Of a stretch of 64,000 bases of DNA, positions 31,168-40,552 are shown in pieces; positions within the stretch are counted from its first letter, which is position 1; the number at the start of each line of letters is the position of its first letter. The DNA lies in NCBI GenBank assembly GCA_018435605.1, contig JAHDNF010000012.1, positions 72,895 to 136,894 of the forward strand, written 5' to 3'. A program made the position numbers and the translations under genes. This DNA is from a bacterium. Lineage in GTDB: Bacteria; Auribacterota; Auribacteria; Auribacterales; Auribacteraceae. The notes under the pieces are model-generated. The model was not told where the DNA came from. It did not search any database and saw nothing but the letters and a program-made list of their open reading frames with translations.

Positions 31168-32670
31168 GTGTTTCACCCGTTGAACTTGATTGCCATTGCA
31201 GGATATTTGTTTATTATAGCTGTGATTGGTCTTGTCGCAGGCAGAAATGAAAAAAATACGGACGATTATTTTCTCGGCGGAAGAAAAATACCGTGGCTTG
31301 CCGTATGTTTGTCTATTCTGGCTACCGAATGCAGTGCGGTAACTTTTATAGGGGCTCCGGCAATATCTTTTGCCGCGGGCGGCAATTATACCTATATCCA
31401 GCTTGCCATCGGATCGTTAATAGGGCGTATTCTTATTGCCTATCTTCTGCTCATACCGTTTTATAAATACAAAGTTACAACAGTATACGAATTTCTCAGA
31501 ATCAGGTTTTCTCGCGGGTCGCAAATAACCGGCGCGATATTTTTCTTTATAACACGATTACTCGCAAGCGGAGTTAGATTGTTTGTCGCGTCGCTGGCTA
31601 TCCATGTGGTATTCGGGGTGCCGTTGTTTGCGGCTATTGTTTTATCGGCCGGGATAGCCTCTGCATATACTCTTTGGGGAGGTATCAAGGCGGTTATATG
31701 GACAGACGTAGTGCAGATTATCATTTTCATGGGCGGAGCCACGTTTACAGTATATCTGTTATATGTTTATAGCGGAGGATTTGAAACGATACGCCAAGTT
31801 GCAGGGTCTGCCGGAAAGTTTTCTGTATTCGATATGTCATTTGACATAACACAACCGTTTACTCTTTTGACAGGGATCATAGGCGGATGTTTTCTGACTT
31901 TTGCGTCACTAGGCACAGACCAGGATCTCACTCAGCGTATGCTGACATGCCGCGATACGAAATTAGCTCAAAAAGCCTTAATCTGGACAGGTATAATTGA
32001 TTTTCCCGTTGTTTTTGTTTTCCTTACGATAGGTGTATTGCTGTATGTGTTTTATACTGTATATCCGGATCCGTCATTACCGGCGAATAAAGATCATCTT
32101 TTTCCATATTTTATATTGACCCAATTACCGCCGGGATTGTCGGGGTTACTTATTGTGGGTGTTTTTGCCGCGGCGATGTCCAGTCTTGATTCAGCCTTAA
32201 ACGCCCTTGCGTCCAGCGCTATATGCGATATTTACAAACCGTATATTTCTACTGGCCGCGAAGAGTCCCATTATCTTATGGTTTCGCGGGTTATGGTGGT
32301 TTTTTTTGCGGTTGCGCTGGTCGGTATAGCTTATATGTGTAAAAATCTCGGTATGGTACTTGTTCTTGCTTTTAAGATTACCTCATTTACCTACGGGGCG
32401 CTTATGGGGGTATTTCTTATAGGTGTTTTGACAAAACGCGGCAGTACTTTCGGAAATTTAATTGCCATGTGCTCCAGCATCCCTGTGGTTTTTATGGTTA
32501 CCCTAACTTCAATCGCATGGCCGTATTATATTGTGGCAGGAACACTCTGGACATTTGCCGTTGGCACTATGTTTTCTCCATCCATGACATTAAGACGGTT
32601 TTCTACTGCGATGAAAAATTTTAATTTTTTGCAAGATACCTCAGACGATCTTATCCACTCCGATAAATAA
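31168..32670 (+). CDS. Sodium:solute symporter (SSS) family transporter
   Basis: DYFLGGRKIPW, SILATECSAVTFIGAP, GGIKAVIWTD, DQDLTQR, FAAAMSSLDS. Start placed at the GTG after gaggg (ORF track gives 31084). Confidence 0.9.
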   Translation: MFHPLNLIAIAGYLFIIAVIGLVAGRNEKNTDDYFLGGRKIPWLAVCLSILATECSAVTFIGAPAISFAAGGNYTYIQLAIGSLIGRILIAYLLLIPFYKYKVTTVYEFLRIRFSRGSQITGAIFFFITRLLASGVRLFVASLAIHVVFGVPLFAAIVLSAGIASAYTLWGGIKAVIWTDVVQIIIFMGGATFTVYLLYVYSGGFETIRQVAGSAGKFSVFDMSFDITQPFTLLTGIIGGCFLTFASLGTDQDLTQRMLTCRDTKLAQKALIWTGIIDFPVVFVFLTIGVLLYVFYTVYPDPSLPANKDHLFPYFILTQLPPGLSGLLIVGVFAAAMSSLDSALNALASSAICDIYKPYISTGREESHYLMVSRVMVVFFAVALVGIAYMCKNLGMVLVLAFKITSFTYGALMGVFLIGVLTKRGSTFGNLIAMCSSIPVVFMVTLTSIAWPYYIVAGTLWTFAVGTMFSPSMTLRRFSTAMKNFNFLQDTSDDLIHSDK

Positions 32671-32723
32671 CCCTTTTTGAGCAAGTTTCTTGTAACAAAT
32701 TTGCAGTAATGTGAAAAAAATGA

Positions 32724-32752
32724 TTGACGGGCTGGCAAGAGTATGGTAGTCT
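32724..32752 (+). promoter_or_regulatory. Sigma70-type promoter for the HTH-EIIA gene
   Basis: TTGACG, 17-bp spacer, TAGTCT, with an extended -10 TG. Confidence 0.55.
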
Positions 32753-32833
32753 TTTGTAAATTTGCGTAATATAACGGTAAACAAGTTAAAGCGATGTCTA
32801 TTTAATGCTGTATGTAATTTTGTGGAGGATGTT

Positions 32834-33556
32834 ATGGAACAAATTCTAACTTTAAAAGAAGTAGCTCAATATATAAAATTGAATGAGCGAACCATTCTTA
32901 AAATGGCTCATAATAATGAAATACCTGCAAAAAAGATCGGCAATCAGTGGCGGTTTATATTGTCAAAAGTTGATGAATGGCTTTCGCAGAGCGTGGAAAA
33001 TGTCAATCCGTCCGATCTTGACGAACTGATCCATACTTCGCCACATGTTATTCCCATATCACGTCTGTTTGCTCCGGAAATGATGGAAATGAATATGTCG
33101 GCTCGTAATAAGGCCGAGGCTCTCGAAGAATTATCGTTAATACCTAAAAAAAACGGGGTTATCGCCGATAGCTCGTTGTTTTTGGACGCTATGCAGGCAC
33201 GGGAAGAATTGATGAGCACCGCTTTAAGTAACGGAATCGCTATTCCGCATCCGCGATATCCGATACAAGGGTTATTTGAGGAGCCACGTGTTTTGTTTGG
33301 GCGTTCGATTAATGGAATCGAGTTCGGTGAAATAGACGGCAAAAAAACCCATTTGTTTTTTGTAAGTTGTGTTCCCAATGAAGTTACCCATTTGCGAGTT
33401 CTGGCAAAACTTGGGCTTCTGCTTCGTGTCCCGAATATAGTGAAAAGATTCATTGAAGCGCAATCACAGGATGACTTAATGCGCCTGTTCCTTGAACTTG
33501 ACAAGACCGATCTTGATTTTTCAAAACCGCGTTCGGACGGTTCTAATTATCGGTAA
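32834..33556 (+). CDS. Excisionase-type HTH fused to a PTS EIIA (PtsN/Fru-type) domain
   Basis: RBS ggagg before ATG 32834; LTLKEVAQY...IPAKKIGNQWRF; REELMSTAL.NGIAIPHPR with the phospho-His; HLRVLAKL. Confidence 0.88.
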   Translation: MEQILTLKEVAQYIKLNERTILKMAHNNEIPAKKIGNQWRFILSKVDEWLSQSVENVNPSDLDELIHTSPHVIPISRLFAPEMMEMNMSARNKAEALEELSLIPKKNGVIADSSLFLDAMQAREELMSTALSNGIAIPHPRYPIQGLFEEPRVLFGRSINGIEFGEIDGKKTHLFFVSCVPNEVTHLRVLAKLGLLLRVPNIVKRFIEAQSQDDLMRLFLELDKTDLDFSKPRSDGSNYR

Positions 33557-33789
33557 TTTTCAGATTACTATGGACTTGTGCTGTCGGATTTTTTTGAGGC
33601 TCACAGCGACGCTATCTGTCAAGCTGTCGATCTAAGTATTAGTCTTTTAAGATGGCTAACCAAACCTTCTGTGTTTACAGTGACAAATATACTTTGTCGT
33701 TTTTAGTGACAGAATAATGCTTTTATTTTTTGTTTAGCTCTTGTTATAATCCCTAAAAAGGTTATGCGATAAACTGAAAGGAGGCAGTT

Positions 33790-34134
33790 GTGACCGATTG
33801 TCTGTTTTGCAAAATTGTCAATGGAACAATCCCGTCTAAAAAAATCTATGAAGATGAATATGTATACGCATTTCACGATATAGACCCCAAAGCGCCGGTT
33901 CATATTCTTATAATACCCAAAAAACATATATCCGGCGTACCTGACCTGCGTAATGATGATGATGTTGTGATCGGCCGCATCATGCGGGTGGCGCATCATC
34001 TTGCGCAAGAAAATGGTATTGCTACGTCAGGATATCGTGTTGTTGTAAATTCCGGTAAAGATGCCGGTCAGGCGGTATTTCACATTCATTACCACTTGCT
34101 TGGCGGTAGACACCTTGCATGGCCACCGGGCTGA
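33790..34134 (+). CDS. hinT: Histidine triad (HIT) nucleotide-binding protein
   Basis: DCLFCKI, DIDPKAPVHILIIPKKH, QAVFHIHYHLLGG; RBS aaggagg before a GTG start. Confidence 0.92.
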   Translation: MTDCLFCKIVNGTIPSKKIYEDEYVYAFHDIDPKAPVHILIIPKKHISGVPDLRNDDDVVIGRIMRVAHHLAQENGIATSGYRVVVNSGKDAGQAVFHIHYHLLGGRHLAWPPG

Positions 34135-34198
34135 TTAAGAATCGGCGTGATTATGCCGATATAACTACAAAAAAGCCATCTTTACCAACTCAGGGCGA

Positions 34199-35557
34199 AT
34201 GAAAAAAAAACAGGTCATATCATTATCTCTGTTTATTGCGGTTATTTTGATCGGATTTTTAGTTTATTCGGTTTACTCTATAAATAAACTTGAACGCAGT
34301 GTTCGGGATATCAAATCGAAGAATGAAGCCCTCCGCAAGACGATTGAAAGACTGCGTGCTGAGAATAAACGGCTAAAATTGATTAGCGACTGCAATAAAA
34401 TAGAAAAAAAAGTCGAGAAGATACGAGGCCTGCATGCCAAAAAATCTATCGATTATGAAATGATCGAAAAAAAGTCCCTTCGAAAAATGCTTGACCAAAA
34501 ATTCAATGAAGCATACCCCGGAACCACCTTTGAGTACATGGAATCCGCTTTTAAAATACTTGGTATTCTCCAACCGGATATTGATATGAAAAATCTTGTA
34601 ATGCGCCTTTACGACGAACAGGTAGCGGCGTTTTATGATTACGTAAACAAAAAATTGTATATGGTAGACAGCAGTCTCTATACGCCGTCTATACGCGATA
34701 TGTTTCTTGCTCATGAACTTACACACATGCTTCAAGACCAGCATTATGATCTGATAGGTATGGGGATTGACGATAATTCTAATGACGACCGATCAATGGC
34801 TTTATCTTCGCTACTTGAAGGTGACGCCACACGCTGTATGACAATATATTATACGAAAAATGCCGGTCTGAGCGTGTTTTTGGATGTTGCTTTGGGCGTA
34901 TATATGGAACTCAAGCAAAGCGAAATCGACAAAGCGCCGGCATTTCTTAAAGAAACCATGTTGTTCCCGTACATGAAAGGGCTTGTTTTCGTGATGGCGC
35001 TTTACGAAACGCAAGATCAAGATACCATACATAATGTGTTTCTTGATCCTCCGGTCAGCACTGAACAAATAATCCATCCTGAAAAATATTTTGCAGACCG
35101 CGATGATCCGGTAATACCTCAACTGCCCTGCATGAAAGAATTTTACGAATCAAACGGATTGGTCGAACTCTATGAGAATACGATGGGCGAATTTGTGATG
35201 GATATTTGGCTCAAATCCTATATTTCAGCCGGTCAGGCTCGCACCGCTTCAGAGGGATGGGGGGGAGACAGATATAAAGTTTTTCATCATCCGTCTAATA
35301 CCGACCTGAAAGGTTATGTACTGCAAACTAACTGGGATACCCCGCAGGATGCCCAAGAGTTTGCAGGCGCATACCGGTCGTTTCTTGAAAAAAAGTATGA
35401 TATTATTCTCGATCAATCTTCCGATTCTGTCACATCGCAATACGTTTTGCCAAATGACTGCCATGTGCATATTAAACACGCAGATATCACGGTTACAGTA
35501 GTTTATGCTTCACGTAGTTTGTTTTTAGACGTGTTAGGCCTTTTCGAATCCGACTAA
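34199..35557 (+). CDS. Membrane-anchored putative zinc metalloprotease with a coiled-coil stalk (DUF6782-like)
   Basis: N-terminal TM helix and coiled coil; AAFYD...LY, LAHELTHMLQDQH, LLEGDA, FPYMKG, STEQIIHP, GWGGD. Confidence 0.75.
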   Translation: MKKKQVISLSLFIAVILIGFLVYSVYSINKLERSVRDIKSKNEALRKTIERLRAENKRLKLISDCNKIEKKVEKIRGLHAKKSIDYEMIEKKSLRKMLDQKFNEAYPGTTFEYMESAFKILGILQPDIDMKNLVMRLYDEQVAAFYDYVNKKLYMVDSSLYTPSIRDMFLAHELTHMLQDQHYDLIGMGIDDNSNDDRSMALSSLLEGDATRCMTIYYTKNAGLSVFLDVALGVYMELKQSEIDKAPAFLKETMLFPYMKGLVFVMALYETQDQDTIHNVFLDPPVSTEQIIHPEKYFADRDDPVIPQLPCMKEFYESNGLVELYENTMGEFVMDIWLKSYISAGQARTASEGWGGDRYKVFHHPSNTDLKGYVLQTNWDTPQDAQEFAGAYRSFLEKKYDIILDQSSDSVTSQYVLPNDCHVHIKHADITVTVVYASRSLFLDVLGLFESD

Positions 35558-35664
35558 ATTTTTTCAAATTATCTTTTTATTGGATTAATTTTTTGAAGGA
35601 TGTTAATATATATCTTCTTTCTGTATTTATAATTAAACAAAGATATTTATTCGGAGGATAAAAG

Positions 35665-36708
35665 ATGATTATCAAGATGAAAAAAAACGCGGCTCAGGAA
35701 GATATCCAAAAAGTACTCAATCGTATATCGGAAGCAGGGTTGTCTGCTAATGTGTCAACCGGAGAAAGCTTGACGATTATAGGTGTAATCGGCGATGTAA
35801 CTCTTCTGCGTCCTGATCTTATAGAAGAAATAAGCGGCGTGGACGCGGTGATGCGCGTTTCCCGTCCTTACAAATTGGTCAGCCGGGAATTCAATCCTGT
35901 AGACCGCCAGATAAAGATCGGTTCAATAACTATCGGAACCGGTAATTTTGTGATGATTTCAGGGCCTTGCGCTGTGGAAAGCCGAGAACAGATGTTGTCA
36001 AGCGCGCGGATAGTAAAACGAGTTGGTGCAGACCTGCTACGCGGCGGGGCATTCAAACCCCGAACAAGCCCTTATGACTTCCAAGGGCTTGGCGAAGAAG
36101 GACTCAAATACCTAAAGGAAGCATCAGAAGAAACCGGACTGCCGATAGTTACCGAAGTTACCGGTGAAGATAAAATCGATATAGTCTTAAAATATGCCGA
36201 TGTATTGCAAATAGGTACACGCAATATGCGCTCCTATGACCTGCTTAAGAAAATCGGTGAACGCACTAAAGACTCAAAAATACCGGTATTGCTTAAACGC
36301 GGTGATAATGCGACGATTACCGAATTTCTAAATGCCGCAGAGTATATTGCCAAAGAAGGCAATGAGAATATTATGCTTTGTTTGAGGGGGATACGTACTT
36401 TCGAGTGCGGTAAGTTCGTTCGCAATACCGCCGACATGGGCATAATACCGGTCTTAAAACGGGAAACCGGATTGCCGGTAATATTCGACCCGAGCCATTC
36501 CTCGGGTGACAGAGATCTCGTATTGTCATACAGCGCCGCGGCAGTTGCCGCCGGTGCGGACGGCCTTATCATAGAAACACATTGCGATCCTGAAACGGCA
36601 AGTTGTGACGGCAAACAAAGCCTTGCCGAAAATCAGCTCGTCCAAACATTCAAACTGTGCCGGCGAATCCGCGAATGCCTTGTGCAGGAAAAAGCATATT
36701 CGTGGTAA
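35665..36708 (+). CDS. aroF: 3-deoxy-7-phosphoheptulonate (DAHP) synthase, class I-beta with N-terminal regulatory domain
   Basis: GPCAVES, RGGAFKPRTSPYDFQGLG, QIGTRNM, LLKRG, DPSHS, IETH. Confidence 0.95.
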   Translation: MIIKMKKNAAQEDIQKVLNRISEAGLSANVSTGESLTIIGVIGDVTLLRPDLIEEISGVDAVMRVSRPYKLVSREFNPVDRQIKIGSITIGTGNFVMISGPCAVESREQMLSSARIVKRVGADLLRGGAFKPRTSPYDFQGLGEEGLKYLKEASEETGLPIVTEVTGEDKIDIVLKYADVLQIGTRNMRSYDLLKKIGERTKDSKIPVLLKRGDNATITEFLNAAEYIAKEGNENIMLCLRGIRTFECGKFVRNTADMGIIPVLKRETGLPVIFDPSHSSGDRDLVLSYSAAAVAAGADGLIIETHCDPETASCDGKQSLAENQLVQTFKLCRRIRECLVQEKAYSW

Positions 36709-36723
36709 TATTATAAAGTAATA

Positions 36724-38616
36724 TTATTTTTTGCGGATTTTATAGTACCGCCTGTCATTATCCAATAGCGGAGGCGTACGGATAGACCCTGCGTCCGGTT
36801 GATCTACAAAAGGATAACCCTGATCGATGTAATCCGGTCCCTGAGCTCCTGCACCCATTATCTGGCCAGGCGCGAATTCTTCCATCAGTACAAATGGCCC
36901 GAAAGGTGTAGAACTGTAGAGAATTTCATATGACATGTAAGACTCGTATGCCCATGTGATTTTTACAGCGCTTTCATACGGTGGAGTTTTCACGGAAGCA
37001 ATGTTTTTGATATAAAAAACGGATAACGGATTAAATGGGTCGGTATCCATTAAAAATTCCACTAAATTTGACGCCCCGTCGTTATCTGGATCTGCATGAG
37101 CATCATTTACGAGAGGATTTAGATTATTTAATACTTCCCATCCGTCATGCATACCATCTGCGTCAGTATCGGAATTATTTGGGTGGGTTCCGTGTAGCCA
37201 TTCATCCATATTTGACAGTCCGTCGTTATCAGAATCCATTGTTGTATCGTTCAGGTTGGTAGGGTCGAGACCGTGCGCTACTTCCCACCAATCAGGTATC
37301 CCGTCTCCGGCCGGTATGCCTGTAGTTCGGTTAATTGAGCGTTCTTGTCCGTCGCCGTCACTGCTTCGGTATATATTTAATGTATAAGCAGAGCTGTAAG
37401 TAGCGTCTTTACCGATTACCTTGAGATAATAATTTCCTGCCTGCATCAATGTATGCGCGTATATGGTCTGGTAATTATACCCGTTATAATTTGATGTTAT
37501 ACGTGATTGTGCGCCCGGGTAAACGCTAAATGATTGAGTAATCGTTCCTAAAGTGTGGTCGTAGTAGTAAAGATACATGTCTAGATCGTTGGGAGTACTA
37601 GGTTCCAGTAGCACTATTTTAATTGTGTCATACTGATCTATAAATATAACGTACCAGTCTATGTCTCCTTGTGGAATGGACAGTCCCGTATATGATCCGG
37701 GATATACCGGATCTGCGGCTTGCCAGACATCGTTTCCGTCTGATAAATCGGGGTATAAAAATGTAGCGCAATTGATGTCGTACTGAGCAAGCGTACGCAT
37801 GTTCAGATTATCTACAAAAGCCGGTTGCAACAACCCGAACATCGTAGGACAAGTTTCTATCGGAATTTCACTTGCCGGAGGGCGTGATGATCCTGAGAAT
37901 GGATGAGCAATACCAAGCGCGTGACCGAATTCGTGTGTTACTACACTCTGTATGTCGATTATCTTCAATGAGTAATTCATTTCCGTAGTGCTCCATGTAT
38001 ATTGACCTCCAGCATCGAATACCGAAGCATTGAGAATTATGTCGCAGTCGAGCAGGTCTGTATACACCCCATTCGGATTTTGGGTATCAAAACTGTCCCA
38101 TGTAAGCAGTGTTTTACCGATAACTTCCTCTTCGGTAAATCCTGCTACAGAACCGTCGAAACAAAAACTGACGGTGTTTTTGCCGTCAACTGCCGTAGGG
38201 TCGGTGTTCATTACGCCTTTTAATTCTACGATTATATTTGCAGTAGGGATATCCTGCCACGTTTGTATCGATGCCTGAATAGTGTTGTGATAAGCGAGGA
38301 TATCTATGTTTGCCGGTATAGCGTAATGGTAGTATACTTCGACTACGGAAAAATCCCCCTGATTTTTTGACCAGTGAAAAAAGTTTTCTCTATTTGCGTT
38401 ATCCGAGTATCCGTCGTTTTCGGGATCAAGTACCACTTGTGCGTCAACGGAAACTCGTGGATCCCATGACGACGGAGGATTGTTATAAGGTTTGAGCAGG
38501 CGTATCCAATTGAAGGTAACAAGGGACTCCGCCGGCGGGCATATTATTATGCTATAAATTAATATGCAACAGAATATACGCCATGCTTTATTTCGTTTCA
38601 TTTTGTTTTGCCTCAT
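36724..38616 (-). CDS. Exported matrixin (M10-type metzincin) with PPC-like domain and Ca-binding DxDxDG repeats
   Basis: THEFGHALGIAH plus Met-turn (PTM); GDIDWY; repeats GDGIPDWWE / DSDNDGLSN / DTDADGMHD / DPDNDGASN. Confidence 0.82.
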   Translation of the reverse strand: MRQNKMKRNKAWRIFCCILIYSIIICPPAESLVTFNWIRLLKPYNNPPSSWDPRVSVDAQVVLDPENDGYSDNANRENFFHWSKNQGDFSVVEVYYHYAIPANIDILAYHNTIQASIQTWQDIPTANIIVELKGVMNTDPTAVDGKNTVSFCFDGSVAGFTEEEVIGKTLLTWDSFDTQNPNGVYTDLLDCDIILNASVFDAGGQYTWSTTEMNYSLKIIDIQSVVTHEFGHALGIAHPFSGSSRPPASEIPIETCPTMFGLLQPAFVDNLNMRTLAQYDINCATFLYPDLSDGNDVWQAADPVYPGSYTGLSIPQGDIDWYVIFIDQYDTIKIVLLEPSTPNDLDMYLYYYDHTLGTITQSFSVYPGAQSRITSNYNGYNYQTIYAHTLMQAGNYYLKVIGKDATYSSAYTLNIYRSSDGDGQERSINRTTGIPAGDGIPDWWEVAHGLDPTNLNDTTMDSDNDGLSNMDEWLHGTHPNNSDTDADGMHDGWEVLNNLNPLVNDAHADPDNDGASNLVEFLMDTDPFNPLSVFYIKNIASVKTPPYESAVKITWAYESYMSYEILYSSTPFGPFVLMEEFAPGQIMGAGAQGPDYIDQGYPFVDQPDAGSIRTPPLLDNDRRYYKIRKK

Positions 38617-39316
38617 GCGCCGTCATTTCGTAATATTTATCAGCCATATCGTTTGCAAAATCGATGATAAGTTTTTGTATATATCTTATCCAGTCGAACT
38701 CATGGTTAGAGGAGTCGTCCGGACTGTTAATATTCATGGAAGTTCCTGAATGTTGCTCTACAGCGAGTTGTATTTCTTCTATAAACTCATCGAGCGGTTT
38801 TTTTATAACCCGCGACGCAAACGGATCTTTTACCGGCTGTACGAAATGCAGTTCCGTTTGGTCGCTTACAGCGAACTTTTCGCCGGTTGACGGGTCTTCA
38901 ATTACGGAATATTTGCCCATACTCAAACCTATGACTCGTTTGAGCGACTTCTGGTATTTGTTGTCCTCAAGGAATAAAATAACTTCTTCGTTTACTGCGT
39001 AGGATGCGGCTCCGTATACCCCCCGTGTATATTTGTCGGTTTTACCTCCTAATTGAATGACCTGAAAGGATGTTTCGTTAGGATCACCTTTGAAAATAAG
39101 GTTACATTCGATGTTGGTAACGGTGTATACCTGATCGTTATCGGTTATATAACTTATGTCGGTTACTATACCCATAGCGATACAATCCGCGCGGCTTGTT
39201 ATCTCCTGTGTTGAAAACTGTTTAGTGAGAATCGTAGCTAGGCACACACCGGATAGGAATATACCGGTTGACAAAATCCAACCTATAAAGACTAGAAATC
39301 GGCAAAAATTTTTCAT
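38588..39316 (-). CDS. Exported hypothetical protein, probably co-transcribed with the matrixin
   Basis: Signal peptide; ATILTKQFSTQEITSRAD.I..G.V; QLGG; overlaps the start of the matrixin gene. Confidence 0.7.
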   Translation of the reverse strand: MKNFCRFLVFIGWILSTGIFLSGVCLATILTKQFSTQEITSRADCIAMGIVTDISYITDNDQVYTVTNIECNLIFKGDPNETSFQVIQLGGKTDKYTRGVYGAASYAVNEEVILFLEDNKYQKSLKRVIGLSMGKYSVIEDPSTGEKFAVSDQTELHFVQPVKDPFASRVIKKPLDEFIEEIQLAVEQHSGTSMNINSPDDSSNHEFDWIRYIQKLIIDFANDMADKYYEMTAHEAKQNETK

Positions 39317-39373
39317 AATCGGTCGTCCACACCCAATTATATTTTACCATGCGCATGCACAGGATACCAAATA

Positions 39374-40207
39374 TTAAATTCCATCTTTCTCACTATTTAG
39401 AACGTCAAAATATAAGAAAAGATTACAACTATTGTCTAGGTAAGGTATTTCTACAGGCGGTTCATAAAAAATTTTTCGTAGCGTAAGTCCGTGTGCCGGA
39501 GCAACCGGAGCAGGAACAATCCGGTCGGTTGACGTAAGAGCGCGGGTAATGATATCGGAATTATTTTTATTTCTGCCGATTTCTATAAGAGTACCTACCA
39601 TTAACCGAACCATTTTATATAAAAAACTTTTGCCTAAAACATGGAAAAATACGAACGGGGGAGTGTGCTCTATTCGAAAATCATATATAGTTCGTTGGAA
39701 AACTTCGTTTTCACGGCCTGAATTGGCACAAAAATTTGAAAAATTATGTGTGCCTATAAATAAACGCGCGGCTGACTGCATCAATCCTATATCAACCTTA
39801 TGCCTGACATGAAGTGAAAAATGCCGTGTCCAGAGCGATGGAATATCGCTCATATGCACCGCGTACAGATAATATTTTCCGATTGCGCTGAAACGGGCGT
39901 GAAATGAAGGGTCGCATTCTTGGACTTGTATAACTACTATGTCGTCAGGCAAAAGCGCGTTCAATCCTTTGTACAGCGCCGCGCAGTCAAGGCGTGTAAC
40001 TACGCTGAAGTTCGCTATCTGTTCAAGAGCATGTACGCCGGCGTCGGTTCTTCCTGCGCCGAAAATTCGTACCTGCCTGCCGGTCAGTCGTTCGAGTACG
40101 GTTTCGATTTCCTGTTGAACGGTTGGCGTTTGAGGTTGAATTTGCCAGCCCAGAAATCGAGTCCCCTGATATTTTATAGTAATTGCAAAATATTTCTTTT
40201 CGATCAT
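39374..40207 (-). CDS. truA: tRNA pseudouridine(38-40) synthase
   Basis: YQGTRFLGWQ, GAGRTDAGVHA with the catalytic Asp, FHARFSA, FLYKMVR, APAHGL. Confidence 0.96.
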   Translation of the reverse strand: MIEKKYFAITIKYQGTRFLGWQIQPQTPTVQQEIETVLERLTGRQVRIFGAGRTDAGVHALEQIANFSVVTRLDCAALYKGLNALLPDDIVVIQVQECDPSFHARFSAIGKYYLYAVHMSDIPSLWTRHFSLHVRHKVDIGLMQSAARLFIGTHNFSNFCANSGRENEVFQRTIYDFRIEHTPPFVFFHVLGKSFLYKMVRLMVGTLIEIGRNKNNSDIITRALTSTDRIVPAPVAPAHGLTLRKIFYEPPVEIPYLDNSCNLFLYFDVLNSEKDGI

Positions 40208-40316
40208 TTTAAAAAAGTCTTGTTTGTATATTCGGGTTACTGTAGACTAAAGACAACTTTAAAAACATATTATATAATGTTAATGCCACAAATACAATAC
40301 TTCAGCGGGAAGTGAA

Positions 40317-40505
40317 ATGCTAAATCACAATTTTTTCAAATGCATGCGTATATCGGTAATTGCGGTTATGTTATGCGGGTTTGCGGTCATTCATTGTTCA
40401 TGTATGAGCGCGGCTAAACAAAAGCATGAGCTTATCAGAGCTAAAGATGAAATCAAGGACGATGCCAATACAGTACTGGGGGTTCATCCGTATTCCCTGT
40501 TTTAG
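40317..40505 (+). CDS. Small putative lipoprotein
   Basis: 62 aa; hydrophobic segment followed by Cys (HCSC); lies at the head of the TPR operon. Confidence 0.45.
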   Translation: MLNHNFFKCMRISVIAVMLCGFAVIHCSCMSAAKQKHELIRAKDEIKDDANTVLGVHPYSLF

Positions 40506-40552
40506 ATTTTTATACTCGTTGTTTCGATATCGAATGTGTACAGTGTTGAGTC

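Noticed and set aside
32834-33010. Excisionase-like HTH as evidence of a prophage or integrative element
   Set aside because: It is fused to a PTS EIIA domain, a known regulatory architecture, and no integrase, att repeats or phage genes are in the window.
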